A stretch of 64,000 nucleotides of DNA. It comes from a virus. The translations under genes were made by a program, and so were the position numbers. Under the pieces are notes generated by a model. It saw only the letters and a list, made by a program, of their open reading frames with translations, was not told the origin of the DNA and ran no database searches. Below are positions 33,901-42,900 of the stretch, piece by piece (within the stretch, counting starts at the first letter, position 1; the number at the start of each line of letters is the position of its first letter). The stretch spans positions 64,001 to 128,000 of the IMG/VR virus record IMGVR_UViG_3300036790_000425; one strand, written 5' to 3'.

Positions 33901-36282
33901 GAACTGCACCCCCGTCACGCCGTGCAGCGAGTTGAGCACCTGCGACTGGACCCGGGCCACGCCAGCCAGGTTGCTGGGCACGGTCAGTCCGGAGCCGGGC
34001 ACCAGCTCCCAGCCGCCCGGGGTCAGCGTGCTGCCGTCGATGAAGGCCGCGTCAGCGAAGGTCTCCAGGTACATCTCGGTGTCGTCGCTGGCGGTGTAGT
34101 CGATCCGGTACATCTCCAGCCCGGCGATCGCCACGAAGTAGGCGACCCGGCTGGACATCCTGACCTCAGCCGACCGGTAGGCGTGCGTGCCCGCGACGGG
34201 CTGCTTCGCCGCGGCGGCCGGGACCTGCCACGGCTGGAAGTTCAGCAGCGCCCCGCCCTGGCTGGCCAGTACCCCGACGCCCTCCGGCAGGGTGGCGAAC
34301 AGCGCCTCCGTGGCCGGGATCTGGTCCGGGTCCGGGGCCGGAGACTGCGCCGGCGCATCACTGAAGTTCACTGAGGGGGCGACGTTCTGGTTGACTGCCA
34401 GGCCGGCATCGAGCACGGCCGGGGTAGACGGGTTCGCCTGCTGAGCGGTCGGCTGAGCGGCCGACGGCATGAAGGCCGCGGTGACTCCCTGCACCCTCGC
34501 GTACTCATACGGCTCGGCCTGGAGGCTGGTGAACTCGAACTTCCAGGCCGAGGCCAGCACCGGGTCGAACTCCACATAGCCGCGGGCCAGCCGGTAGTCG
34601 CGCTGCACCGGGATCCAGGAGCAGGCCGCGTAGGCCTGGCCCAGGCCGCCGACGAACCCCCACGGGCAGGTGCCGCCCAGCAGGTACTGCGGGCTGAACC
34701 GGATCACCGCGTTGTCGGTGGTGGCGCTCTCGGCGGCCAGCGGGGGGTACACGTAGCCGGTGGCGTCCGCGGCGAAGGCCGCGAAGTCGTCCGGGATCTG
34801 CGCCGGGGTACCGGTGGTCGCGGAGATGACCTGCTGCTTCAGCACGAAGGCGGTCAGCGTGTAATTGCCCGCCAGGACCTGGCCGGCAGGGTCCTGGCCC
34901 AGCAGGCCGCCGAAGCGGAACTCCGGCGCCGGGGGCACCTCGCCCTGTGCCGGGGCCAGGTACATGGTGGCCTGCGGGGACCAGGCGAAGAAGCTGGCGC
35001 CGTCATAGCCGGCCACGAACTGGATCCGGTCCCCGGCCGCGAAATCGAACGCCCAGCTGCCCAGCACCGCGCCGGACGGGGCGTTCGAGGGGCCGCCGGC
35101 GGGATCGGCGGCCGGGATGGTGACCTGCCAGGTGCCGGACACGTAGGCGAGCTGGAGTACCCCGGCGTCGGCCACCACGTAAGTGCCGTCATCACCGGAT
35201 CCGAAGCCGGGCATGATCTCGATGCCGGCCCACCACGGCTCGCCCGCGGAGGTGCCCGCGCTCTGGTTGGCCAGGGTCAGCCAGCCGGGCTGGTCGGTGA
35301 AGACGATGCCCGAGGCGCTGATCGCGGGGAACGTAGTGCCGTCGGCCACGATCAGCTCGGGCAGCAGCGGGTCATCCAGGCCGGCGAAGGACGCCCCGGC
35401 GGGCGGCGGCAGCGGAGCGTAGTAGAGGCTGAACCGGACGCCGCTGGTCACCGGGTTGACGTAGAACCGGTCGATCAGCTGAGCGTTCCCGGCCGGATCC
35501 CGGCCGTCCAGGTAGAGATTCACCACGGCATCGGTGTGGGGCTGCGGGGCGCACCGCCAGACCTCGCCCCGCAGCAGGTCGCAGGCCCGGTTCTCGCGCA
35601 GCGCCACCTGGACGGGACTGCCGTTGATGTCCACCGTGGTGGTGAAGGGCTGGCGCTGGCTGAGGGTGACGGGGTCGCGCGGGGTAGCCGGGACGTCGGA
35701 GGACGACAGCATCCGCGAGCCGAAGTCCAGGTTGCGGACCCCCAGCGGGTACGGGGTGAACTTCTTCTGCGGGCTGACCGGGAACTTCTGGCTGCCGGTG
35801 GTCCGGGCCAGCCGCTTCAGCCGCAGCAGCAGCCGGGTGGTGGTGACCGGGACCACGGACTCATCATGATGCGCCCAGTGGCCGGCGCCATAGTGCCACG
35901 GATTGAGCCCGACCGAGCGGGCGGCCGGGTTGTCCACCACCGACGGGACCGATCCGGTGGTGATCACCCGGAAGGGCGTGCCCGGGTTGGCCATCAGCGG
36001 CGACCAGGCAGCGCCGGTCCACCAGTAGGCCTGGAGGGTGTGCGGGAAGTGCGCCACGTCGAAGGAGATGTAGTTGATCAGCCGGGCCTGGCCGAGGGTG
36101 ACCGTCAGCTGCTCGGCATGCGGGTCCCCGGCCTCCCGGGCGGGGGAGGACCAGAAGTCCGAGGCGCTGATCTTGGGAATCGGCGTCGGGATGATCTTCT
36201 CGGCGGGAATGCCGTCCACGTAGAGCGGGGCCACCGAGGGGATGGCAAAGGCACCCGGGAGCCGGACGGCCGGGGTGGTCAT
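30943..36282 (-). CDS. Large baseplate/tail protein with C-terminal tandem GH26-like barrels
   Basis: Follows the baseplate genes. Beta-rich body, TW repeats, WYPGD motif, HHEPE and PLGIYEYG. Confidence 0.75.
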   Translation of the reverse strand: MTTPAVRLPGAFAIPSVAPLYVDGIPAEKIIPTPIPKISASDFWSSPAREAGDPHAEQLTVTLGQARLINYISFDVAHFPHTLQAYWWTGAAWSPLMANPGTPFRVITTGSVPSVVDNPAARSVGLNPWHYGAGHWAHHDESVVPVTTTRLLLRLKRLARTTGSQKFPVSPQKKFTPYPLGVRNLDFGSRMLSSSDVPATPRDPVTLSQRQPFTTTVDINGSPVQVALRENRACDLLRGEVWRCAPQPHTDAVVNLYLDGRDPAGNAQLIDRFYVNPVTSGVRFSLYYAPLPPPAGASFAGLDDPLLPELIVADGTTFPAISASGIVFTDQPGWLTLANQSAGTSAGEPWWAGIEIMPGFGSGDDGTYVVADAGVLQLAYVSGTWQVTIPAADPAGGPSNAPSGAVLGSWAFDFAAGDRIQFVAGYDGASFFAWSPQATMYLAPAQGEVPPAPEFRFGGLLGQDPAGQVLAGNYTLTAFVLKQQVISATTGTPAQIPDDFAAFAADATGYVYPPLAAESATTDNAVIRFSPQYLLGGTCPWGFVGGLGQAYAACSWIPVQRDYRLARGYVEFDPVLASAWKFEFTSLQAEPYEYARVQGVTAAFMPSAAQPTAQQANPSTPAVLDAGLAVNQNVAPSVNFSDAPAQSPAPDPDQIPATEALFATLPEGVGVLASQGGALLNFQPWQVPAAAAKQPVAGTHAYRSAEVRMSSRVAYFVAIAGLEMYRIDYTASDDTEMYLETFADAAFIDGSTLTPGGWELVPGSGLTVPSNLAGVARVQSQVLNSLHGVTGVQFATVQSDPVQLLSDPDFSQGGFAGWIPVGDALPLAPSQVSSQLGSMVAVSRGQGSPSQDTVFQPASWAWLESTYASWADVEAQFPSWYDFGLPPVTSAMGGIAYAGDPVPTTAAGRLYVAARVFSPVALTAPLYLQLLDGATGAVIAEEEQMVAGGTVTEWFAGFTLGTGELSANTWADEETAYATWAAIAAAAPTWDEMDTSVIPLGSTVSVRLIQKDSTSDTWDVDNISVFEDALVWEFSNDGGQDWQAAYDIRNNPRGAITFPPPDPGQGTQLCWRVSAYRPGVSVGALAIRPWYVTWPHGIIPRPSGIGHGPNIAPQDHYTVVEGDPRWQMSGSPVPETWFFRVRQAIGIQNPAGDFPGPPLPPPDATLGSALVWHPPAPALPGPQTWTDIYTDIYTETYALADGGDIYTDTYCDTYGDDYPAATGTTFSGAAALTAGFGLTAAGLTIAAPAPALGVDLGPVPGSDPSIAAWAAATGEPVPARRYALGNQVPASLAASPFAADAAAGRRVLIDFRPDATTTPQKLTAFLNSCQDGELECSVSIWAGPDKSFTSPAAYLAILPDYVTAIRQAGYEHVFTIDNASITAGALAAWYPGDGLADVIMPYFWCTGPAPGSGGDTLAVVSNFADAHGKPLGLAGFGVDRSKYTAAQGQAFLSYVLQFFAARRAARKAVTDLIYLGTGGYSLIGATQGARAAQLIGFDVPKGGWTAANSAIGPGQTHRMYYPGALPATFDPDGTPSGVVILVSYKTQNTNVASYIASIPAGRQVVMIYHHEPENDYSSGSVFVSEFKSQSTLIRAHAGSNVKIAMCAEAYKYGPGRSADTAAGNYLRGLGPYVDYFSVDIYQGQDGPSGSNWTSRGLANNSEWAAWLSVVTSTSVVGTVRPLGIYEYGISDAVGDAARNARLQLDAAYLTTAFPPGGGAVSPYPVEAWMYWWHADTTPPLPSSQFTDAATIGTWRSIEAGGGSGASGLVAVYQQIAVAL

Positions 36283-37649
36283 GATGCCCTCATGATCGGG
36301 ACGCGCGGGCCGGAGTACGGCGCGGACTTAACCGTGACCGGCGAGCTGGTGCGGGCCGAGGCGGCCTGCGGGGGCGGCATGATCGCCTGCGGCGGCAGGT
36401 AGGTGACCTTCCGGCCGACCGGGAAGACCACCGTCTGCCAGTCGGTGCCGTCGGTCACGACGGCGGTGTTGGGATCATCCCCGGTGACCGCCCGGGCCGT
36501 CACCGTGGTCACGTTGCCCGAGTAGCTGTACTGGCTGCCCTGGCTGCGGCTGAGCGGCGGCACGGGAGTCTGGATGGTGGGCCCCGGGGTCCGGCCGCGG
36601 CGCTGGTAGGCCGCCAGGGCCATGTCGTAGGCTGCGTCGTCCGAGGGCGGGGTGACCAGCTGGGTCAGCTCCCAGTACTCGCTGTCGGACCAGGCCGCCG
36701 AGACCGGCACCGGGATCACGATTCCGGGCCCCGTCATGTCCACCGAGATGATCGAGGCGGCGGGCTTCAGCACCTCGACGACGGACAGGATGCCGTACAT
36801 GTCCGAGCCCAGCTGAGCCTGGTCGGCGGCCGAGCCGGAGTAGGTCTTCCTCGGCCGGATGACCACCTCGTTCATCGCCCCGTTACCCAGCAGCCCGGAG
36901 TAAGTCACCACGCCCTCGATGCCCTGCCATGTCTCGGTAGCCGGGATCGAGTCCCAGTTGGCGTAGGTGCTCATCACCTCCGCCCAGGTGTTGAAGCCCG
37001 GCGCCGGGCTCAGCGGGTCGGTGACCAGCCGCCACATCTCATACACCTGGCAGGGCACCCCGGTGATCGCCTCCGCCAGGGCCTGCATGCCCGGCGCGGT
37101 CGCGCCCAGGGTGATCGCCCGGGCCAGGGCGATCACCCGCTCCCGGAAGACCGCGTCAATGGTCTCGATCTCGTCCCAGCCGTCGGGGCTGGCCAGCTCG
37201 GTATACGGGTTGACCGGGTTGCCGGTGGACGGGTTGACCGGCAGCGAGCCGGCCGGCCCGCGGGTTGCGCCGAACAGTGCTCCGTAGAAGCTGTCCAGGT
37301 CGTAGAAGTGCGTGCTGGTGACGTCCTGCTGGAGCCGGGCGATCAGCTGCCGGTTCCGCAGCTGCCCGGTGCCGGCAGCCCCCAGCAGGGCCTGCATGAA
37401 GTGCACCAGCACCGAGGTCGGCGCCAGGTCGTAGACCGTGGGCGGGAAGTTCCTCAGCTGGTCGGTGACCGACAGCGGCGGGTTGAGCAGGTTGACGGCC
37501 GTGCTCGTGCCGGGCGGCAGCGGCGCGGTCGGGTCAGTCTGGAGACTGATGATCGAGGCTGCCTGGGTGCTCGGGTAGGCGAACAGGTCGATGCCGCCGT
37601 TGAGGATGATCCCCGAGGTCTGGCCGGGGTCAGCGAGTACCTGGGGCAT
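36279..37649 (-). CDS. Baseplate wedge protein
   Basis: Directly after baseplate J. THFYDLD.FYG, D..FRER, GAT..G...LAEA.TG. Confidence 0.7.
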   Translation of the reverse strand: MPQVLADPGQTSGIILNGGIDLFAYPSTQAASIISLQTDPTAPLPPGTSTAVNLLNPPLSVTDQLRNFPPTVYDLAPTSVLVHFMQALLGAAGTGQLRNRQLIARLQQDVTSTHFYDLDSFYGALFGATRGPAGSLPVNPSTGNPVNPYTELASPDGWDEIETIDAVFRERVIALARAITLGATAPGMQALAEAITGVPCQVYEMWRLVTDPLSPAPGFNTWAEVMSTYANWDSIPATETWQGIEGVVTYSGLLGNGAMNEVVIRPRKTYSGSAADQAQLGSDMYGILSVVEVLKPAASIISVDMTGPGIVIPVPVSAAWSDSEYWELTQLVTPPSDDAAYDMALAAYQRRGRTPGPTIQTPVPPLSRSQGSQYSYSGNVTTVTARAVTGDDPNTAVVTDGTDWQTVVFPVGRKVTYLPPQAIMPPPQAASARTSSPVTVKSAPYSGPRVPIMRAS

Positions 37650-37668
37650 CAGGCCACCTCCTCGGTGA

Positions 37669-39489
37669 TCATGCGAATGAGCCCATCGTGTTCCCGGCCT
37701 TGGCGATGATGTTGGTGTCCCCGAAGACCGGGATGGTCATGGCGCCGAACTCGATGTCCACCGGATTGCCGGCGGAGTCCACGTAGGATGTCGTGGCCAC
37801 GCCATCAAAGGTCTGCTGGATGCCCACCCCGAAGTCGCTGGCGGCGGCCGGGTTGTAGCCGGGCCAGTCGCTGCCGACCAGGAACCGGGAGGCGATCACG
37901 CCCGGTGTGTTCTCCACTACCTGGAGCACGCTGGAGGGGTACAGCCGCGAGCTGAAGCCGAGCTGACTGAGGTAGGTGGCCAGCGCCGTGTTGATCGCCT
38001 GCTGGGTCACCTGCGGCGAGATCGTCGGGTCATACATCACGGCCAGGTTGAATCGCAGGTCCGCGGCTACGCCCTGGTGGGCCTGCACGTCAGTGCCGGC
38101 CAGCCGCCAGGACTCCAGGCTGCCCTGGATGGCGTAGGGCACGTCGTTGTAGGTGTAGTCCTCGCTGATCACCAGCGGGCTGCCCGCACCCGGGCCGAAA
38201 GCCATGTCCCACTCCAGGCCGAAGTCGGAGTAGGGGCTCCAGCCGAAGGCGCCGGTCCGGTGCACGATCTGGTAGGCGTAGGTGACCCCGCCGGTCACGG
38301 TGCCCATCGGGTTGGTCAGGCTGGCCAGCCCGTAGGTGGTGCCGCCGGCCACCAGGGTCGGGGGCACCGTGATGATCGGCCCGTAGGGCAGCGCGATGAA
38401 GGCATTGCCGGTGGCCGGGGAGCTGCCGTCGGGCCGGACGAAGTCGCCCGCGTACCAGCTCGACCCCGGGCTGGCCTGGAACAGCACCGCGTCACTGAAC
38501 TTCACCGTGGCCGCCGCGTTGACCGCCCGGGTGCCCTGGCACCAGACGTCCACCCGGGCGTAAATGCCCTGGGCCGGGTTGTTCCGGCTGGCCGTGTCAA
38601 GGTACAGGAAGCTCACGTCGATGAGCTGGCCCTCGGGGAAGTAGGTCGCGTCGATGACCTGCACCTCAGGCGGATTGGCCGCGGAGTCCCAGGTGTACTG
38701 GATGCCCGGCGCCGCCACGTCGCCGTCGTCGATGTTGTTGCCGACCACCTGGCCCGAGGGGTAGGTGTACTGGGCATCGGAGACCGTGCTCGCGGCCGAG
38801 CCCGAGCTGATCTGGAGCTGCTCGCGCCGCCGGGTAGCCGAGTCCACCACGTTGGCCGAGGTGCAGTCCGGGTCGTTCAGCGCGATGCCCAGGAACATCT
38901 GGCTGGTCCCGGCCATGTTCTTGAAGACCGTGGCCTTCCAGCGGGCCTGGAGCTGGGTGTCGGTCTCCTGGTTGGCCCCGCCGCTCAGGGGGCTGACGTT
39001 GGTCACCCCGGTCACCTCGCTGACCGGGGTCATCAGCAGGGTGAGCTGGCCGCTGGCCAGGTCGCCGTCCGGTCCGGCCACCACGGCCTGGACCGGGACG
39101 GTTACCGAGAGAGCCCCGGCGTCCATGATCCCGGTGGTCACCGTCTGCACTACGACAGTCCCGTCAGCGGAGGCGACCTGGGAGTTGACCGGGATGGTCA
39201 CGGTATCGCTGGCGGCCGAGCGGGTGAAGGTGACCGTGCCGCCCGCGCGGGTGGCCGGGTAGCGGGTCATCCCGAACAGCTGCACGAAGGCATCCAGGGC
39301 GGCGCCCTGCATCGAGTTGATGTCGTACTGGTAGGCCAGCATCTGGCTGTCCAGGCTGGCGGCCGAGATGCTGGCCGCTACCGCGTCGATGATCTTGCGG
39401 GTAACCGAGCCGGTGGTGGTATCCAGGTCGGGCTCGCTGGCCGCCAGCGCCGCCACGATCTGGCTGGAGATGTCGCTCTGGCTGGCCAC
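37669..39489 (-). CDS. Baseplate J-like protein
   Basis: GSVTRKIIDA, LD.F...FG.TR..AT.A.G.VTF, VPVQA...G..G, GG.NQETD..L.AR. Confidence 0.92.
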   Translation of the reverse strand: MASQSDISSQIVAALAASEPDLDTTTGSVTRKIIDAVAASISAASLDSQMLAYQYDINSMQGAALDAFVQLFGMTRYPATRAGGTVTFTRSAASDTVTIPVNSQVASADGTVVVQTVTTGIMDAGALSVTVPVQAVVAGPDGDLASGQLTLLMTPVSEVTGVTNVSPLSGGANQETDTQLQARWKATVFKNMAGTSQMFLGIALNDPDCTSANVVDSATRRREQLQISSGSAASTVSDAQYTYPSGQVVGNNIDDGDVAAPGIQYTWDSAANPPEVQVIDATYFPEGQLIDVSFLYLDTASRNNPAQGIYARVDVWCQGTRAVNAAATVKFSDAVLFQASPGSSWYAGDFVRPDGSSPATGNAFIALPYGPIITVPPTLVAGGTTYGLASLTNPMGTVTGGVTYAYQIVHRTGAFGWSPYSDFGLEWDMAFGPGAGSPLVISEDYTYNDVPYAIQGSLESWRLAGTDVQAHQGVAADLRFNLAVMYDPTISPQVTQQAINTALATYLSQLGFSSRLYPSSVLQVVENTPGVIASRFLVGSDWPGYNPAAASDFGVGIQQTFDGVATTSYVDSAGNPVDIEFGAMTIPVFGDTNIIAKAGNTMGSFA

Positions 39490-39490
39490 G

Positions 39491-39928
39491 TCAGCTGCTC
39501 ACCGTCCGGGTCACCGCGACCTGCTGGCCGCCCTGCGTGGTCAGGATGACCGACACCTGGACGGTGTCCGGGCGCTGGCTCACCGCGGCGCTGACCGAGT
39601 CCACCGAGCCGATCACGTCATCAGTGCCGAGCTGGCTGCGGGTGCCCGCCAGGGCCGCCGCGGTGATCTGCTGCTGCTGGGCTGCCACCAGCTGGGCCAG
39701 CACGCGCGAGACCTCCGAGCTGATCAGGGCCGGGGTCGAGTCGGCGCTCACCGGCATGCCGAGATAGCTCAGCAGTGCCGACCCCCAGTCCGGGTGATAG
39801 GGGTCGAAGCCGTAGGGCTCGGCCAGCACAGTCGCCACGCGCTGCCGGATGTAGTCGGTCCCGGTGACGGTGGCGAATCCGCGGCCGGCCGGGAGGAGAT
39901 CTCCCCCGGTCAGCTGCAAGTCCTTCAT
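39491..39928 (-). CDS. gp25/GpW-like baseplate wedge protein
   Basis: MKDLQL..GDL, EP.G.DPYHP.WGS.L. GGAGG RBS. Confidence 0.85.
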   Translation of the reverse strand: MKDLQLTGGDLLPAGRGFATVTGTDYIRQRVATVLAEPYGFDPYHPDWGSALLSYLGMPVSADSTPALISSEVSRVLAQLVAAQQQQITAAALAGTRSQLGTDDVIGSVDSVSAAVSQRPDTVQVSVILTTQGGQQVAVTRTVSS

Positions 39929-39960
39929 CGGCCCTCCTCCCTTCTTCCGGGGCGGCCGAC

Positions 39961-42900
39961 TCAGGGCGTCGTGTAGTTGATCGTGAGGTAGGGCCCCTGG
40001 CCGCTGCCGGTGCCTGCGAACGAGCACTGCGCCGATCCGGGCTCGCCCTCGCCGCCGATCACCAGGGCGACGGCCGCCCCCGACTGGAAGGCCGTGGCCA
40101 CCGAGTTGGGCAGCGTGATCGTCTTGGTCTGCCCGGCGCCGATCGTGAAGGTGCCGACGTGGGTGACCCCGCTGGTCGATGAGGCCTTTTTGGCGCTCGC
40201 GCTGTAGCCGACGTACAGGGTGGCGCCGGAGCTGAACGCCCCGCCGAAGGCCGAGACGGTGAGCTTGATCGAGTTGATCGTGGCCCCGGCCAGCACCGTG
40301 GCCAGGCTGGAGTTGGTGAAATCCAGGTAGCTGTAGCAGTTGCCCGGCGTGCCGGTCTGGACGCCGCTGCCGACCGGGACCGGGCCCTCATAGAAGACGT
40401 TGTTGTGCCGTCGCAGCGAGTTGGGGGCCGCGGCCGTGGCCTGGGCTCCGTAGTAGCTCCAGGTCGCATCCGCGAAAGTCTTGTCGGTAATGGTCTGGCC
40501 GCCGCCGGTACCCGAGGTGCCGGACCCGATGTAGACGCCAGTGTTGGGCACTGTGTCGCCCAGGTCGTAAACGATGATCGCGTCCTGCTGGGTGAAGAAA
40601 TCGCCCGTGTCAGCCGTGCCGTTGATCTGAGCAGTCGTGCTGGTGGTGGTCCCGTTGATCGTGCCGCTGACCGGCTGGAGGGTGAGCAGCATCCGCAGGG
40701 TGACCGGCGATGAGCCGGTCTGGAAGGCCCGCACGCCGCTGGGCGTGATGCTGAGGTGATTCGAGAACGCGGTATCCGTGTAGAACACCATGAAATTGTC
40801 AGAGGACGTCGTCGGAGTCGAGCCGTCGTCAGTGGCGCGAATCCGGAGCTGCGCGCGGCCGGGATTCGACAGCACGACCAGGAAGCTCGACAGCATGATC
40901 ATGTAGCAGCGGTCGGGCAGGAGGTCTACGTCCAGTTCCAGGATCGCCGTCTCGGTCCCGGCCGTGATTGGCGTGGCCGGGGCAGGCAGGTGACCGTCCA
41001 GCGACCCGATCGCGATGATGCCCTGGGCCAGTCCGGGCAGGATCTCGTCCTCGAAGGACTGCCCGGCGATCAGGATGTCCTCTGCCGCCGCGATCACCTG
41101 GCCGGCGACGTTGCCGCTGGAGTCGATGGTGGCCAGGGCCTGCCCGTAGGGCGAGATGACCTGGAAGATGTTCTCCTGGAGCGGCAGCCCGATGAAGCTC
41201 GTGCCCGGCGTGTAGATGTTCCCGAACTCATCCATCCCGCCGGCGGCGGAGTTGGAGTAGACCAGGCCGCCCGGGGCGACCACGGTGTCCGCGTTCATGA
41301 TCAGGCCGGACGTGGTCGTGGTGCTGGAGACCACCACGGCGGCCTGGGTGGCGCCGACCGGGGCGATCGCGCCGGTCACGGTGAAGATCTGCTCTGCCCC
41401 GGCGGCGATCGCCGTGGCGCCCTGGTCGCAGACCGTGGAGGACAGCAGCGTGCCGGATGAGTTGTACCAGGCCAGCGCGATCTGCGCGGTCAGCGCCGAC
41501 GGGGCCTGGACGGTAGCCGACATGGTCAGCGGGGACCCGGCGGTGACCGGGAACTTGGGCGAGGTGGTGCCCCACGGCTGGGTCGTGTTCGAGTGCGTCA
41601 CGCCCAGGCTGAAGCTGCCGGTGGAGGACCAGGACGCGGTACCCATCAGGGTGGCGTTCTGCGCCGTCCAGGCGGGCACCCCGACCCCGGGGCCCGTGAA
41701 GCCGATCATCACCGCTGACCAGGTGCAGGACGCCCCGAATGCCCCCGATCCGGTCAGCGAGGCCAGCGCCTGCGCCGAGCCGATCAGCACCGAGGTGTAC
41801 TGGTTACTGCCGCTGTGCACCTGGCTCAGCAGCTCCCACTGAGCCGGGAACACCGGCACCCCGCCGGCCAGCCCGTTGGCCACGATCAGCACGATCAGGT
41901 CGTTGATGTTCGAGGGCACCGCGCTGACCGAGGCGGCGGCCGAGCTGCCGGAAGCCGGGATGGCGAAGTCCGTGCCGGTGATGCCGGGCATGACCAGGTG
42001 GACGATGTTCTTGCACTGGGCGTTGGTGGCCGCGAAGCCGACGGTGATGGTGTCGGTGCCGAGCACGGTCAGCGCCGTGGTGGTGGCCGCGCAGACCCAG
42101 ACCTGGACTTCCTCGCCGGAGGTCTCCTGCGTCAGCAGGCTGTAGAGATTGCCCTTCGAGTCGGTGCAGGAGTTAGCGACCGTGGAGCCGGAGGCGTTGG
42201 CGATCACCTGGACGTAGGAGCCGGCCGGGACGTCCTGGGTAACCGCTGCGGCGTAGCTCGCCGCGCTGGTCGTGGAATTGACCGGGGCGGCGATCAGCTG
42301 CGGGATGCCGGGCGGCTCGAAGTCCCAGGACTGGGGGCCCTGCGGGGACTGGTAGACCAGGAAGTCGCCTGCCGGGGTGATCGCGGCCTGGAGCTGGCCG
42401 GTTGAGGAGAACCAGCTCGTGGTGCCATCCGGGCCGACCTTGAAGATCACCGTGCCGCCGGAGTCGGTGATCGTGATCGAGCCGTCCGGGTGGATGGCGG
42501 TGCGCGGGTCGGTGGTCGAGTTCTGGAGGGTGGCGCCGGTCACCACGGTGCCGTCGATGATCCCGGCCACGACGAGCCCGGCGGCCAGCTGGGCCACCGT
42601 GATAGTGCCGGAGGCGATCTGCGTGGCAGTGATCGTCCCGGCCGCGATCTGGGCTGCCGCGATGGTGCCGGCCTCGATGATCCCGCCGTCCATCGGGCTT
42701 AGCACGAGCACGGCCTGGGCCAGCAGGGTGGTGGTCGGCGGCGGGGTGCCGGACAGGCCGGCCCGGGGGATGCCGAAAGCCGCCCCCGCGGGCGCGGTCT
42801 GGATGGTGGACGTCACCGACCAGGTAGCCGGGGTGACCGTCTGGGACGGGGCCGAGGTGGACAGGTATGACCCGGCCGAGTTGTACCAGTCGAAGCCGAG